A DNA stretch of 64,000 bases from Octopus sinensis (Eukaryota). The notes below the pieces were generated by a model. It saw only the letters and a list, made by a program, of their open reading frames with translations. It had not been told where the DNA came from and did no database searches. Shown here one piece after another: positions 1 through 11,653 of the stretch. Numbering within the stretch: the first letter of the stretch is position 1; each line of letters opens with the position of its first letter. Location of the stretch: the NCBI RefSeq assembly GCF_006345805.1, contig NC_043005.1:36580001-36644000 (forward strand), read 5' to 3'. The position numbers and the translations under genes were made by a program.

Positions 1-262
1 TCAGCTAATTAACAGTTTAGGTGTACAAATCAAATAGTCATACAAATGAAAATAATACGTTGACAGAGTATTATGTCTACTAACCTATATTTTAATTGTG
101 ATGAGTTTGCTGTACATTGAATTGTTGATATATTTTAAAATTTGTAGTAAGCCATAGAATGTATACGTAGGCATATACATGAAAGTAATTGCCCCTGGCC
201 ATCATATATACATATATGTATCTATGTATTTGCGTGTATATATATATATATGTATATATGGA

Positions 263-644
263 TGGAAGCACTCCGTCAGTTACGACGACGAGGGTTCCGG
301 TTGATCCGATCAACGGAACAGCCTGCTCGTGAAATTAACGTGTAAGTAGCTGAGCATTCCACAGACACGTGTACCCTTAACGTAGTTCTCGGGGATATTC
401 AGCGTGACACAGAGAGTGACAAGGCCGGCCCCTTTGAAATACAGGTACAACAGAAACAGGAAGTAAGAGTGAGAGAAAGTTGTGATGAAAGAGTACAGCA
501 GGGATCACCACCATCCCTGCCGGTGCCTCATGGAGCTTTAGGTGTTTTCGCTCAATAAACACTCACAACGCCCGGTCTGGGAATCGAAACCGCGATCCTA
601 CGACCGCGAATCCGCTGCCCTAACAACTGGGCCATTGCGCCTCC
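263..644 (-). mobile_element. tRNA(Arg)-derived SINE, group A (resembles octopus OR-type SINEs)
   Basis: The minus strand starts GGAGGCGCAATGGCCCAGTTGTTAGG (A box), has a TCG anticodon-like loop, then GGTTTCGATTCCC (B box) and a ~300-nt body. It is flanked by (TA)-rich tracts. A homologous copy is at 28367-28745. Confidence 0.85.
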
Positions 645-1099
645 ACTATATGTCTATATATATGTGTATATATATATATATATATGTCTATATATATGTA
701 TATATAATTTACAAGATAAGGGCAGAAGAAAAATTCTAATGCCAAATATGCCGAAACTAAAAAATTGTCGATAACCATTATAATTTATGCGTCTCGAAAT
801 AAACCGATAGAAATCTCTAAAAAATTCGTTATTACCGTATTGGTAATTATAAACACATACGTTATTACCGTATGCTGGCCATTGATAAGAAAAAAAATTT
901 TTCAAGAAAAAATTTTTATCCTATATTAATTATATGTATATATATATGTATGTTATGTATGTACAGGCACACTAGAGCTTCCAAGTAGATTATCATAGAC
1001 CAATTTGCTTCCTGTATAGTGATTACGTAACTACAATGCATAATAGTATTGCTAGGTATGAAATTCAGAGAAAATTTAGGAACTAATAATATGTGTTTG

Positions 1100-2215
1100 T
1101 GTTTACTTTAATTCCTATGAAATGCACGCTCACAGAAATTTCTAAATGCTATTGTCATTGATATCAAAAGACTTAGAAGAACATAGTTACACAGCTATCA
1201 CTAAGAACTAAAGGGCTTCAAATACTGACAAACAAAATCAAGTTGTCGACGGGAATATTTCAAGTAACTATTTATCTGTATTATTGTTCATCCTGGCAGT
1301 GTATGGCATCTCAGGACTATCGGGAAAATTCCACGTATATATGTCTGGACCTGCAGAGGGGAGAGAAAGAAATTATATTTCACAAATGTTGTGTTAATAT
1401 CCTTGAGTATAATTTTCGATAGCGATTAACTGTTTCATAGATGAAATATGTTTGGTTAGTATAACTGTTGGTGTCAGATATTCTTTCTGTAAAGGTCTTC
1501 TAGCCAGACGAGGAGTATGAGTAGCAGTGGTCTGTCTAATTACTCTGTTTGCAATGAAGATTGAATCAAGTATTCGATTTGATTAGGGAAGCTTTAACTG
1601 ATTAAAATTAAAGCGACAAAGGAATGTTTCGGTAGACATGGAACGATGTGGAAAACGAGGCTATTCGTATTCAATAAAGCTATATTCCAAAATGTTTTGA
1701 AGGAACATAGAGGAAACATAAAGAGATCTGTGACTTGAATATTAAGACTTGGGAGATATTATAGCACCACTAGTAACTTCTGCATTAGGAGAGTTCCATC
1801 AAGCAATTTGGATGAGTGGAAAGTGAGTTGATGTGCGTACTCAATTGTGAAACTAATACCCTCAGTGTAAGTAAAGTATTCCTGAATAATTACTTTGTGT
1901 GGACAGCTTTCTTGTCCACATCCACACAGGAAGGTTGAACTGATCTACTTGGACAGAAACCTGCAGGGAAAAAATCTTTCATGAAATACGCAGGTATATA
2001 TCCTGCAAGATAAGCATTAAAAAACTGAGAGGAAGAGTAGCTTTTCTGGTTCAGTGATAGATAACTTATATCACGCCTTGCAAGATAAAGTTTCACTATT
2101 CAGAAACAGAAGGAAGTTCCTATCCAACTAAGAGTAGGATACCTTGGAACAAAGACTGAAGATCTCACCCATATCACAAAAATTTGCCGAAGACTACTCG
2201 AAATGCATTATAAGT
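1100..2215 (+). mobile_element. Highly decayed R4/Dong-like LINE relic (RT to zinc-knuckle region)
   Basis: 1252-1301 translates with one frameshift to GIFQ-(G)NYLSVLLFILAV, matching [13 protein letters not shown] of the 41.3-43.6 kb element. 2152-2214 gives KTEDLTHITKICRRLLEMHYK, resembling ETIDHVVSKCSLLAATEY. Boundaries are approximate. Confidence 0.55.
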
Positions 2216-2550
2216 TTTGATGCCGGGAAACACTTTGCGTTTAGTCAAGAGCTGAAACGAAGGGCTTATTTATATCTTATTTTATCGTTTTCTCTTTTTT
2301 TGTAAAGCTTGCCACTTATATTCGTTTTCTTCTGGCTATGTAAACCTGGGTCGTAATTCTTCGTCTCTTCCTTCCTCTTTAAAAACCTTCGTTGATTCTC
2401 TATCACTTCAGTGATTCTCTATTTGAGATTCATGGGTGAACACGTGCACATAATCATATATGCATGCAGAATGCGTCTGAATGCGCTCACATAAACAGTA
2501 ATAATTACGCATAACTATGAGTGCAATTTTATTCACTCCCACATATACAT

Positions 2551-2596
<46 letters not shown>

Positions 2597-2883
2597 CAAC
2601 TCAAATACTATCCCCAAAGACTTCTCATGACTTAAACGGAAGAGCTTTGCTACTTTGTTAGTGACCGTTTTGAATTCTAAAAAAGAAGAACAAAATGAAT
2701 TCTAGCCATAAAAATACACCCACACAGGCACACACACAATTATACACATACATACGCATACCCTGGAGTATGTGTAGATAAGTCAATGTGTTAAGCAATT
2801 TATTTCAATTATTTTATTGTATATGTTTTGTTTGCTATCTTGCTATAGGCTCATATATACATGGGTATGTGCGTACGTGCGTG

Positions 2884-2937
<54 letters not shown>

Positions 2938-2989
2938 CCTGAAGCAGAGAGTCATCGAGGCGAGAGAGAGAGAAACGTACGAGTGAAGA

Positions 2990-3035
<46 letters not shown>

Positions 3036-3590
3036 GTAAGAGGAAAGAGAGAGAGAGAAAGAGAGAGAGTGTGTGTGTGTGTAAATGAGGAGAGAGATCT
3101 GTCATGTCGTTTCTCTCTGACGGTAGGTTTCTTACAAACTTGCTTCATTATAGAACTCGCTAATTCAACATTGATAAGAGGTCATTAAGTTTGAAAGATT
3201 ACCGTTCCACTTTACTTCGAAGCGAATGTAAATTTCAATAAAAATATCACCAAATTTATTTTGTGTTATTCATCATGTTTTATTTTTAATGTTTTACATT
3301 CTTAGTATTTTTATTGTTAATCATCATCATCATCATCATCATAATCATCATCATCATCATTATTATTATTATTATTATTATTGCCGGTGTTGTGCTGTTT
3401 TTATTTATTTTGTTTAATGCAATTGAGTGGTTTCTGACATTAGCCAAGGAAAGGATGGGTGATATTTTAAACAGCTGCAGTGCTACCAACAACAACAACA
3501 ACAACAACTACTACTCCTACTCCTACTCCTACTACTACTACTACTACTACTAGAACTAATCATCACCATCATCATCATCATTATTATTAC

Positions 3591-4005
3591 GGTGGCGAGC
3601 TGGATGAAATGTTAGCGTGTCGGACAAAACGGTTGCACCATCAAATACCGCTCATGTCAACTTAGTGCTTCATTTTTTTCGGGGATCATAAAATAAAGTA
3701 CTATTCTAGAACTGAGGCCAATGTAATCGACTAATATTCTTCCAATAAAATCACTTGCCTTATGCCAAAATTTGAAATGGTAATTATTATTATTTGAGGT
3801 GGCGAGATGGCAGAATCATAAGAGAGAATGAAAAAAACAACTTGCGACATTTGTTCCTGCGCTCAAATCTTACTTGGGTCAAATTTGATTTTTCTGGTGT
3901 GTGTGTGTGGGGGTGATTAAAACAAAGTACCTGTCAAGTACTTAGGTCAGTATATTCAATCAATCCTCTCCTATAATGACTGACCTAGTTCCAAAATTTG
4001 AAACC
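3591..4005 (+). mobile_element. Two degraded group B SINEs in tandem
   Basis: GGTGGCGAG(C/A)TGG heads at 3591 and ~3798. Both have AAATAAAGTAC/AAACAAAGTACC bodies and CCAAAATTTGAAA ends next to ATT or CTT repeats. Confidence 0.7.
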
Positions 4006-4023
4006 ATTCTTCTTCTTCTTCTT

Positions 4024-4101
<78 letters not shown>

Positions 4102-4102
4102 T

Positions 4103-4680
4103 AGGCGGCGAGCTGGCAGAAACGTAGCAAGCCGGGCGAAATGCGTAGCCGTATTTCGTCTGCCGTTACGTTCTGAGTTCAAATTCCGCCGAAGTCAACT
4201 TTGCCTTTCATCCTTCCGGGTCGATAAATTAAGTACCAGTTACGTACTGGAGTCGATGTAATTGACTTAATACCTATGTATGTCCTTGTTTGTCGCCTCT
4301 ACGTTTAGCCCCTTTTGGGTAGTAAAGAAATAGGTATTTCGTCTGCGTTTACGTTGAGTTCAAATTCCGCTGAGATCGACTTTGCCTTTCATCCTTTCGG
4401 GGTCGATTAAATATGTACCAGTTACACACTGGGGTCGCTATAATCAACTTAATCTGTTTGTTTGTCCCTGTTTGTCCTCTTTGTCTGAAGCCCCTTGTGG
4501 GTAGTAAAGAAATAGGTATTTCGTCTGCCGCTACGTTCCGAGTTCAAATTCCGCCGAGGTCGACTTTGCCTTTCATCATATCGGGGCCAATACATTAAGT
4601 ACCAGTTGGAGACTGGAGTCAACGTAATCGAAACATCCCCTCCTCCAAAATGGCTGCCCTTGTGACAAAATTTGAAACCA
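4103..4680 (+). mobile_element. Group B SINE with three internal ~182-bp modules (central domain resembles the Nin/Deu type)
   Basis: Head GGCGGCGAGCTGGCAGAAACG. The module GTATTTCGTCTG...GAGTTCAAATTCCGC..GAGGTCGACTTTGCCTTTCATCC recurs at 4151, 4334 and 4516. It ends TTTGAAACC followed by (ATT)n. The domain assignment is from memory and unverified. Confidence 0.85.
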
Positions 4681-4708
4681 TTATTATTAGTAGTAATAGC
4701 AGTAGTAG

Positions 4709-5160
4709 ACTATATGCATTCGTAGTTTTGCTATTTATTGTAGGTTGTGCATAGTTGTTAGTGGTGCTGCAAGTGCTGTCAGCAGTATTTCAATAATTTC
4801 AAAAGTCACTATCATTATTTATATTGTTTTTGCTTTCGTCTTGAAATTCTGGTTATCTCTATTTCCAGATCTATATATTTCGAGAATTTCTGGATTTCTT
4901 TGTGAGATACATTATCATCTGTGAGAAAATGTAAATTCGCTAAGCGCTGTACGTTTCTCGCTAGTATTTAATAATAATAATCGTCCAATTAGCCTTGATC
5001 TATTTGCCTGAGTGAACTGACATATTCCCAGAATATGGTCGTTTATCATTTTGGTTTATCATTTTCTGCTTTTACTTTATATCACTTCTCTTCTTGTGGA
5101 ATTCTATTATAGTGGTATAATTTTTTATGTATGAAAATCACAATTCTATTATTCCTGTAT
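4709..5160 (-). mobile_element. Decayed R4/Dong-like LINE 3' fragment (restriction-like endonuclease domain)
   Basis: The minus strand near 4830-4892 translates QKFSKYIDLEIEITRISRRKQK, versus QKLSKYKDLEIEISKMWKLKTK in ORF 41554-42366. TIFWEY and ANR remnants lie upstream. Confidence 0.7.
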
Positions 5161-5223
5161 ATTTTTCTCAGCTAAGAGTGGGGACCCAGGAACAGAGTGG
5201 TTAATCATTCCCTTCAATTGCGC

Positions 5224-5567
5224 CAGGGGTTCCCAACCGCTTTCTATCTATGGACTTCTTTCGTTTCTATTTTATCCTGGTGAACCTCCATGGTCATACC
5301 AGGTTTAAAACTAGTCTTATAGAAACTTCTTTCAAAATTCCCATTTTATTTTTCACAGATTAACTTGCGTAGGTTGAACTTTGTAAAATGTTAGAGAAAG
5401 AAACCTATTTCTTGCAATACACACCAAGACATATATCTAAAGCAAAATGTTTTCAGATGCCCTTAAAATACTATTGAGGCACCTCAATTTATTATTTCGT
5501 AGCGTGGATCCCCAGAAATCTTACATGGACCATCAGAGATCATATGGATTCCAGTTGAGAATCCCTG
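5224..5567. mobile_element. hAT-like non-autonomous DNA transposon (MITE)
   Basis: Imperfect TIRs CAGGGGTTCCCAAC and GTTGAGAATCCCTG, with subterminal TGGAC/TGGAT motifs. Possible decayed 8-bp TSD AATTGCGC / AATTATGG (5/8 match). Confidence 0.7.
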
Positions 5568-6040
5568 AATTATGGATTTCATGTTCTCAGTGACTTCTGG
5601 CTTGAAGGGTTCGATTTAGTTCCTCAATCAAAAAAATATTCAGTTTCATCGTTTCATCTACTGCTCTGTAATGTGTTTCTGAATATCGGGGATTATAATA
5701 TCCAAGATAACCATTCTTTATTCAAATATCCAGGTGTGATTCGAAGATACTGTTTGTTGTCTTTTCGAGTTCTTCTTTAAATAGAAGAAATGGGGTGGTT
5801 TAGGGGAGTTGAAGTAATAAATATTCGATTTCAACATTTGAAAGACGGAGGAAAACAGTGATTGCCACACAAGGGAAAAAGAAGGGCTGTGGAAAGTGCT
5901 CCCTGCGGTGGGTAGGCTAAGTAGTGTAGAAATGGCGTGGAGCGGACTAAAAGCAGGTGATATCTGAATAAATTCCATTTGAAGTGGTCGTAGTAAGTCT
6001 GAAGAGTCAGAGATTGCAGTAGCACTCACTTGTACATTCA

Positions 6041-6098
<58 letters not shown>

Positions 6099-7307
6099 TC
6101 ACATATACACGCATACACACACACACACTCACATATAAACGCATACACACACACACACACATATATATAAATGCAGACATAGAAACACATACGTAGGTAT
6201 GTGATGAATATAAGTATACGTGTGCATGTGTGCGTTTCTATGTATATAATATGTATGTATAACGTTGTGTGTGTATGCATAATCGTGTGCATTTGTATGT
6301 GCGTATGTTTTTTGAATGCGGTTTCATTGATCGAGACATTACCGCAAGAATGCTGAAAGAAATCGCATTTGTGTTCTTCTACATTCCAATAATTTCCTCC
6401 CCTTCTTCCTCCTTTCTCCTCTCTCTTCTCTCTCCATTTTATGCCTTCCCTATCTTTCTCTCCTTTACCCGCCCCCTCTCTCTTCGTATATATTTGTTTT
6501 TTGCAATAAAACCGTCGCCATTTCTCTCTCTTGACTCCAGATCTAAACATTCGGGTAGCTGGATAGACTGATGTGTAGGAAGGTAAAAGAGAGAATAACT
6601 CGAGTATGATCGGGGTGTGGGGTACATGGTGTGTTATATTGATTATTGATTGTTTTTGTAAATATTGACGAATTTTTTGTAATTAGAGCGAGCAAAAATC
6701 ATCTGTGCTGAGCAATGAACTTCGTTTCCATGGAATTATCACTCTAATATACACCACCGTACATTCATATAAGCACAAATACACACACACATGAACATAC
6801 ACATACACATGCATTCACCCCGAATGTTGAGAGTAAGCAGTTAAGTGTATACCAACGCAAACAGAAAAAAACATACATATATACGTACACCCAACCAGGC
6901 ATGCACTCTCCCACTACACAAACCAATTCACCCAGTTTGTAAAGAGCATACATAAACAAAAACATCTATACTTACACACTCAGATACAAATACACACACA
7001 CAAAAAAAAAACATACCACACTCACATACACTCACACACACACACACAAAGAAGAAGAAGAGAGAGAGAGAGAGAGAAAGAAAGAGATATATCTGTAAGC
7101 TGTTACTGGGATGCAAGCTGCGACTTGATTCGTTAAATGGGTGAGTGTTTCTGATTTTGAAATATCCGAATCCTGCTACGATCCTAAGAATATCACTGTT
7201 GAAACATACCAAAGCATCTGTGTGAAGCATTTTCGAACGTTCACACACACATACATATTTTTTAATCGCTAAATCAATATTAATCGCTAAATCATCCAAT
7301 TATTTGG

Positions 7308-7482
7308 ATGATGAAAACATAAATACTAATGGCGAAGTGAGTCCTGAAAGAGCTGAAAGATCGAGCGGTATTAGCTGATGAGGCAATGGAAATTGCCGAA
7401 ACTGACGTGTCAGTATTAAGAATTCTCGATCGGCACTTTTCGGACGATTATGGTCCCTGTTAGTGTATATGTTTTCCTTCAT
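7308..7482 (+). ncRNA. Type I hammerhead ribozyme with long extended stem I
   Basis: CTGATGA 7375-7381. Stem II GGCAAT/ATTGCC with GGAA loop. GAAA 7398-7401. Stem III ACTGA/TCAGT. GUA triplet, with predicted cleavage after 7415. Stem I TTAG/TTAA, an internal loop, then GATCGAG/CTCGATC, GTCC/GGAC, ACTAATGG/CTGTTAGT and GAAAACATA/TATGTTTTC. Confidence 0.85.
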
Positions 7483-7646
7483 GTGCAGTAATTATAGCAT
7501 TAGAGCGGTTTAGTTCTTATTTCTAGCAACGTTGGTGCTTCCTAACACCCTGGTCACATTTAGTGACATTTGCAGTACGCCATTTTGGTGAAACATTGCC
7601 AACTGCTGTTTATATTTATTACACACACTCACACATACACACAAAC

Positions 7647-7678
<32 letters not shown>

Positions 7679-7711
7679 GTGTATAAATATATATATGCAT
7701 ATCTATCTATC

Positions 7712-7762
<51 letters not shown>

Positions 7763-7786
7763 ATCTATCTTTCTATCTATCTCTCT

Positions 7787-7840
<54 letters not shown>

Positions 7841-7842
7841 TA

Positions 7843-8052
7843 GTTGGAATTCACAAAAGAGCAAAAAACAAAACAAACAAAGACGAAGACAGGTGTGTAA
7901 ACAACAAACAGATGCATTAGTTTAACGCTCAGGAAGTAAGAGTCTTTTACGTTTCGAGCCTACGCTCTTCAACAGAAATAAGCATAGAGAGAGAAAAAAA
8001 GAGAAAATAAAAAGGTCTAGTGGCTAATGATCAATCATGGTGAAGACCGAAC
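7843..8052 (-). mobile_element. Penelope-like pseudo-LTR remnant with degenerate minimal hammerhead motif
   Basis: The minus strand at 7942-7978 reads CTGTTGA-A-GAGC-GTAG-GCTC-GAAACGTA-AAAGAC. It is flanked by (TA)n on both sides. A homolog is at 21670-21815. Confidence 0.55.
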
Positions 8053-8095
8053 ATATATATATATATATACATACACATATATATAGAGAGTGAGT

Positions 8096-8154
<59 letters not shown>

Positions 8155-8321
8155 TGTGTATGTGTACGTGTGCTTGTGTGTTAAAAGTGGAGTAAAGATA
8201 TTGTATATTAAGAAAAACGGTCACCAGAATTTTGGAAAAAAAAATTATTCATTATAACAAACGCTTTCGTTTGTTTGTAAATGTGCAAACAGATGGTTTT
8301 TGCGCTGTTTAGAAGTGAACA

Positions 8322-8351
8322 TTGTTTTTGTTTATTTTTTTTTAGGTAAGG
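8322..8351 (+). promoter_or_regulatory. Candidate juxtaposed 3'/5' splice site (recursive splice site)
   Basis: T-rich tract followed by TAG|GTAAGG (AG at 8344-8345, GT at 8346). Confidence 0.35.
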
Positions 8352-8483
8352 TTCCAGGACAATGGAGATAGATAGAAGGTAGATAGGTAGGTACATAGAT
8401 AGATAAATAGACAGACAGAGAGATCGGTAGTGAGAGAGAGGAGGGAGGGATTTCTTTTTTCTCTTCAATTTGGCTTGTGTTTA

Positions 8484-8518
<35 letters not shown>

Positions 8519-8729
8519 CAACAAATGCAGAGTGTATGTTTTGCTTGTTCACTGGGTCACTACGATATAGCGCTTTGGGGACGCTTCCCTCACGGCACTG
8601 GGCAGGAGTGGCAACTTTCGTCCAATCCAATTGAGAAATGATGGATACATATATTTCGCCATTTTTGTGGCTCATCAATACCACGCACCTGAATCGAACA
8701 GAGTGCGAACCGAACCACTAGTCTGTGAA

Positions 8730-8818
<89 letters not shown>

Positions 8819-8938
8819 CTTTCTCTCTGCCCATCCTCTATCTATATTTATATTTATACATATATATGCTTTTTATGTCGAGTTATAAAAAAATAACTTG
8901 GTATTAATCTGAAGAATTACTTAACACTTCTTCGAGCG

Positions 8939-9006
<68 letters not shown>

Positions 9007-9084
9007 CATATTACTTTTAGAATAGGAGGAGGGATAGTGATTTTGAAGTTTCTGACGAAGTGTAGCAAGTCGAAATCTCGAAGT

Positions 9085-9290
9085 CACTGTCGCCAATCTT
9101 TTATCCCTGTGTTTCTCCACCACTTGACACTAGTGTTGGCTTGACACTCGTATCTTAACGGCTGGGCAAAAGACACCGATGGAATAACTACCACACTAAT
9201 AATATAAACAGTAGGGTCGATCTATTCGATTAAAACTCTTCAACGCGGTGCTCCAACATGGCCGCATTCCAATGATTGAGAACAATGAAA
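9085..9290 (+). mobile_element. Degraded 3' half of a group C SINE
   Basis: CTTGACA...GGCAAAAGACACCGAT...GGGTCGA...GCGGTGCTCCAACATGGCCGCA matches the 3' half of 27572-28026. Confidence 0.7.
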
Positions 9291-9589
9291 AAAAGAAAAA
9301 CATAAAGAATATCAAGTAACAATCTCTCCATGTGCCTAGATTCGAAACCACTTTTCTTGAACAATAGGCTGATGGAGTGGGAGAATGATCAGAATGTGGG
9401 AAAAACTGCCTTTCGATATTTCATCCGGCTCTTTAGTCTCTGACTTTAATCCGTGCGGAGCCCATTTAAATCTATTATCCGTTTGTGACCAATAAAATAG
9501 ATTACCATTCAAATTCTGAGATCGATTTAAAAGACTAACACCTCTTTCACAAACTGCTGGTCTTGTGTCTAAATAATAGATATTAGTTT

Positions 9590-10200
9590 CACATTTTTGC
9601 ACAAGTTAAGTAAATTTTGGAGAAGGGGTTAAATCGACTACGTCGACCCACTGCTCATTTGGTATTTATTTTGTCGTTCTCCGAAAGGACGAAATGCAAA
9701 GTTACCCTCGGCAGAATTTGAACACAGAACGTAAAGATGAAGGAAACTCCCGGCATTCTAAAAATTCTGCCAGATCGCCACCTTATGTCTGAATAAAAAT
9801 ATTTCACGAGAATAAGGTTGGTTAGCTGACTGAATCGTTTCAGTACCTTGCAGAACATTTTGAGTATCTTCTCTGACACTTTTGCTCTCTCAGATCAAAT
9901 TGCATCGAGATCAATTTTGCCTTTCAGCAATCGATAAAATGAAATATCAGTCAAGTGCTTAAACCTATATAATCGAATAAACCCTCCTCATAACCTTCTG
10001 GCATTGAATATAAATCATTTCTGTACAATAGAGCCGTGGATTAGTCGAATCGTTAGCGCGTCGGACAAAATGTTTCGCAGTGTTTCTTCCCCTTGTTTGT
10101 CTTCAATCCTTCCGGCGACGATAAAATAAAGTAACAATCAGTTAGCGGAAATGCATATAATCGATTGCAACCTCCCTACGAAATATTGGGTCGTGTGTCC
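9590..10200. mobile_element. Cluster of degraded group B SINEs: ~9590-9785 (-), ~9815-10010 (+), ~10036-10200 (+)
   Basis: Shared motifs TTTGCCTTTCA, GATAAAATAAAGTA, AATCGA and GAATCGTT, present in both orientations. Confidence 0.65.
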
Positions 10201-10611
10201 TTCCGGGCCGGGCGGTGCGTTGCGTTGTTCACGTTGCTTCAGTCCATTGGTGACTGACGTCGTATCCTAGAGGAGTGTTTTAATCTCGGTCACTTATGCA
10301 CCATGGAAACCAGGTAACCAGTCTTAAGCGTTGTAGGATGCGACCAATCATCTCCACAGAATTTATGATGATATTGATGTAAACCTTTACACTTCATCGT
10401 TCTTTTAACACAGACGCATTCACAAAATTAACAAACATTTCCTATTTATATATTTAAGTAATTTGTTCCTTCGTTTTTATATTTTCAAGTTTACAAAAGA
10501 AATAAATGACTACAAAAAAGATTATAAAAAATAAAAGTTTCCACTAATAAGTAAATGTAGTTTTGCATCTTAAATTATCTCTTCGACAGACATTTTCGGT
10601 GTTACAACATT

Positions 10612-10656
10612 TGTACTAAACTTGTTTCTTTTTGTCTTTTTTTTAGGTAAGTGAAT
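10612..10656 (+). promoter_or_regulatory. Candidate recursive splice site (branch-like motif, pyrimidine tract, TAG|GTAAGT)
   Basis: TACTAAAC at 10614-10621, pyrimidine tract 10621-10644, AG at 10645-10646, immediately followed by the consensus donor GTAAGT. Confidence 0.5.
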
Positions 10657-11302
10657 ATATTTCGGAATTCAATTTTCCTGATTCGACAAAGTTAGAAGTT
10701 TGTATTTCATTTTGTAAGTGTCAACAACTGTTTCCTGATTAATTTTATTCCAAATTAAGACTAAAAAACAATTTTAAAGACTGTGAGTGTGTCTCTATGT
10801 ATGCGTGTATATAGATATCATCATATGTATACGTGGCTAAGTATATAAGTATACACTCACATATATGCGTACACGTATCTATGTGTGTGAGTGTGTGTGT
10901 ATGTATGTGTATGCATGTATGTGTATATGTGTATATATGTATAAATATATATATATATGGATGCATACATACACATATATGTGTGTGTATGTAAACTTAT
11001 GTATAGGCATGAATATGCGCAGATGCACATACTTGTGTTTCTATGAATGTGTATGTATGTGTATATATATATACATAAATATATATATATATTTTTTCTA
11101 TCCTCTTCCAAATAAGTTTTATTTGATATATATATATATGTTTGTGTGTGTGTGTGTGTGTGTGCATCTGTATGTAGGAAAAATAGAAGTTGAAAATGCA
11201 CTGAGAATAGTGAAAATATTTTTCCTATATTTTTGCCCGTCTGGAATAATATAACTTTGTTTTCTACACACACACGCACACATACACACACACACGCATA
11301 TA

Positions 11303-11361
<59 letters not shown>

Positions 11362-11366
11362 TATAT

Positions 11367-11438
<72 letters not shown>

Positions 11439-11589
11439 AAATGTGTAAATGTGTGTGCATGCATATGTATCTATATGTACATATGTTTGTGTATATATTT
11501 GTATATATGTATGCATCTATATATATGAATATATATACATGTGTGTGCATGTGTATACATAAATATACATATGTATATATACATATGCA

Positions 11590-11653
<64 letters not shown>

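Noticed and set aside
570-644. tRNA-Arg-like sequence
   Set aside because: It is the head of a SINE: there is no complete acceptor stem and it continues into a repeat body shared with 28367-28745.
6500-6590. Possible 42-nt exon (CAG|ATC...AAG|GTAAAA)
   Set aside because: The donor is weak, the pyrimidine tract is low-complexity, and nothing else supports it.
9048-9090. CTGACGA...CGAAA motif (a similar one lies at 50198-50232 on -)
   Set aside because: The stems do not pair convincingly.
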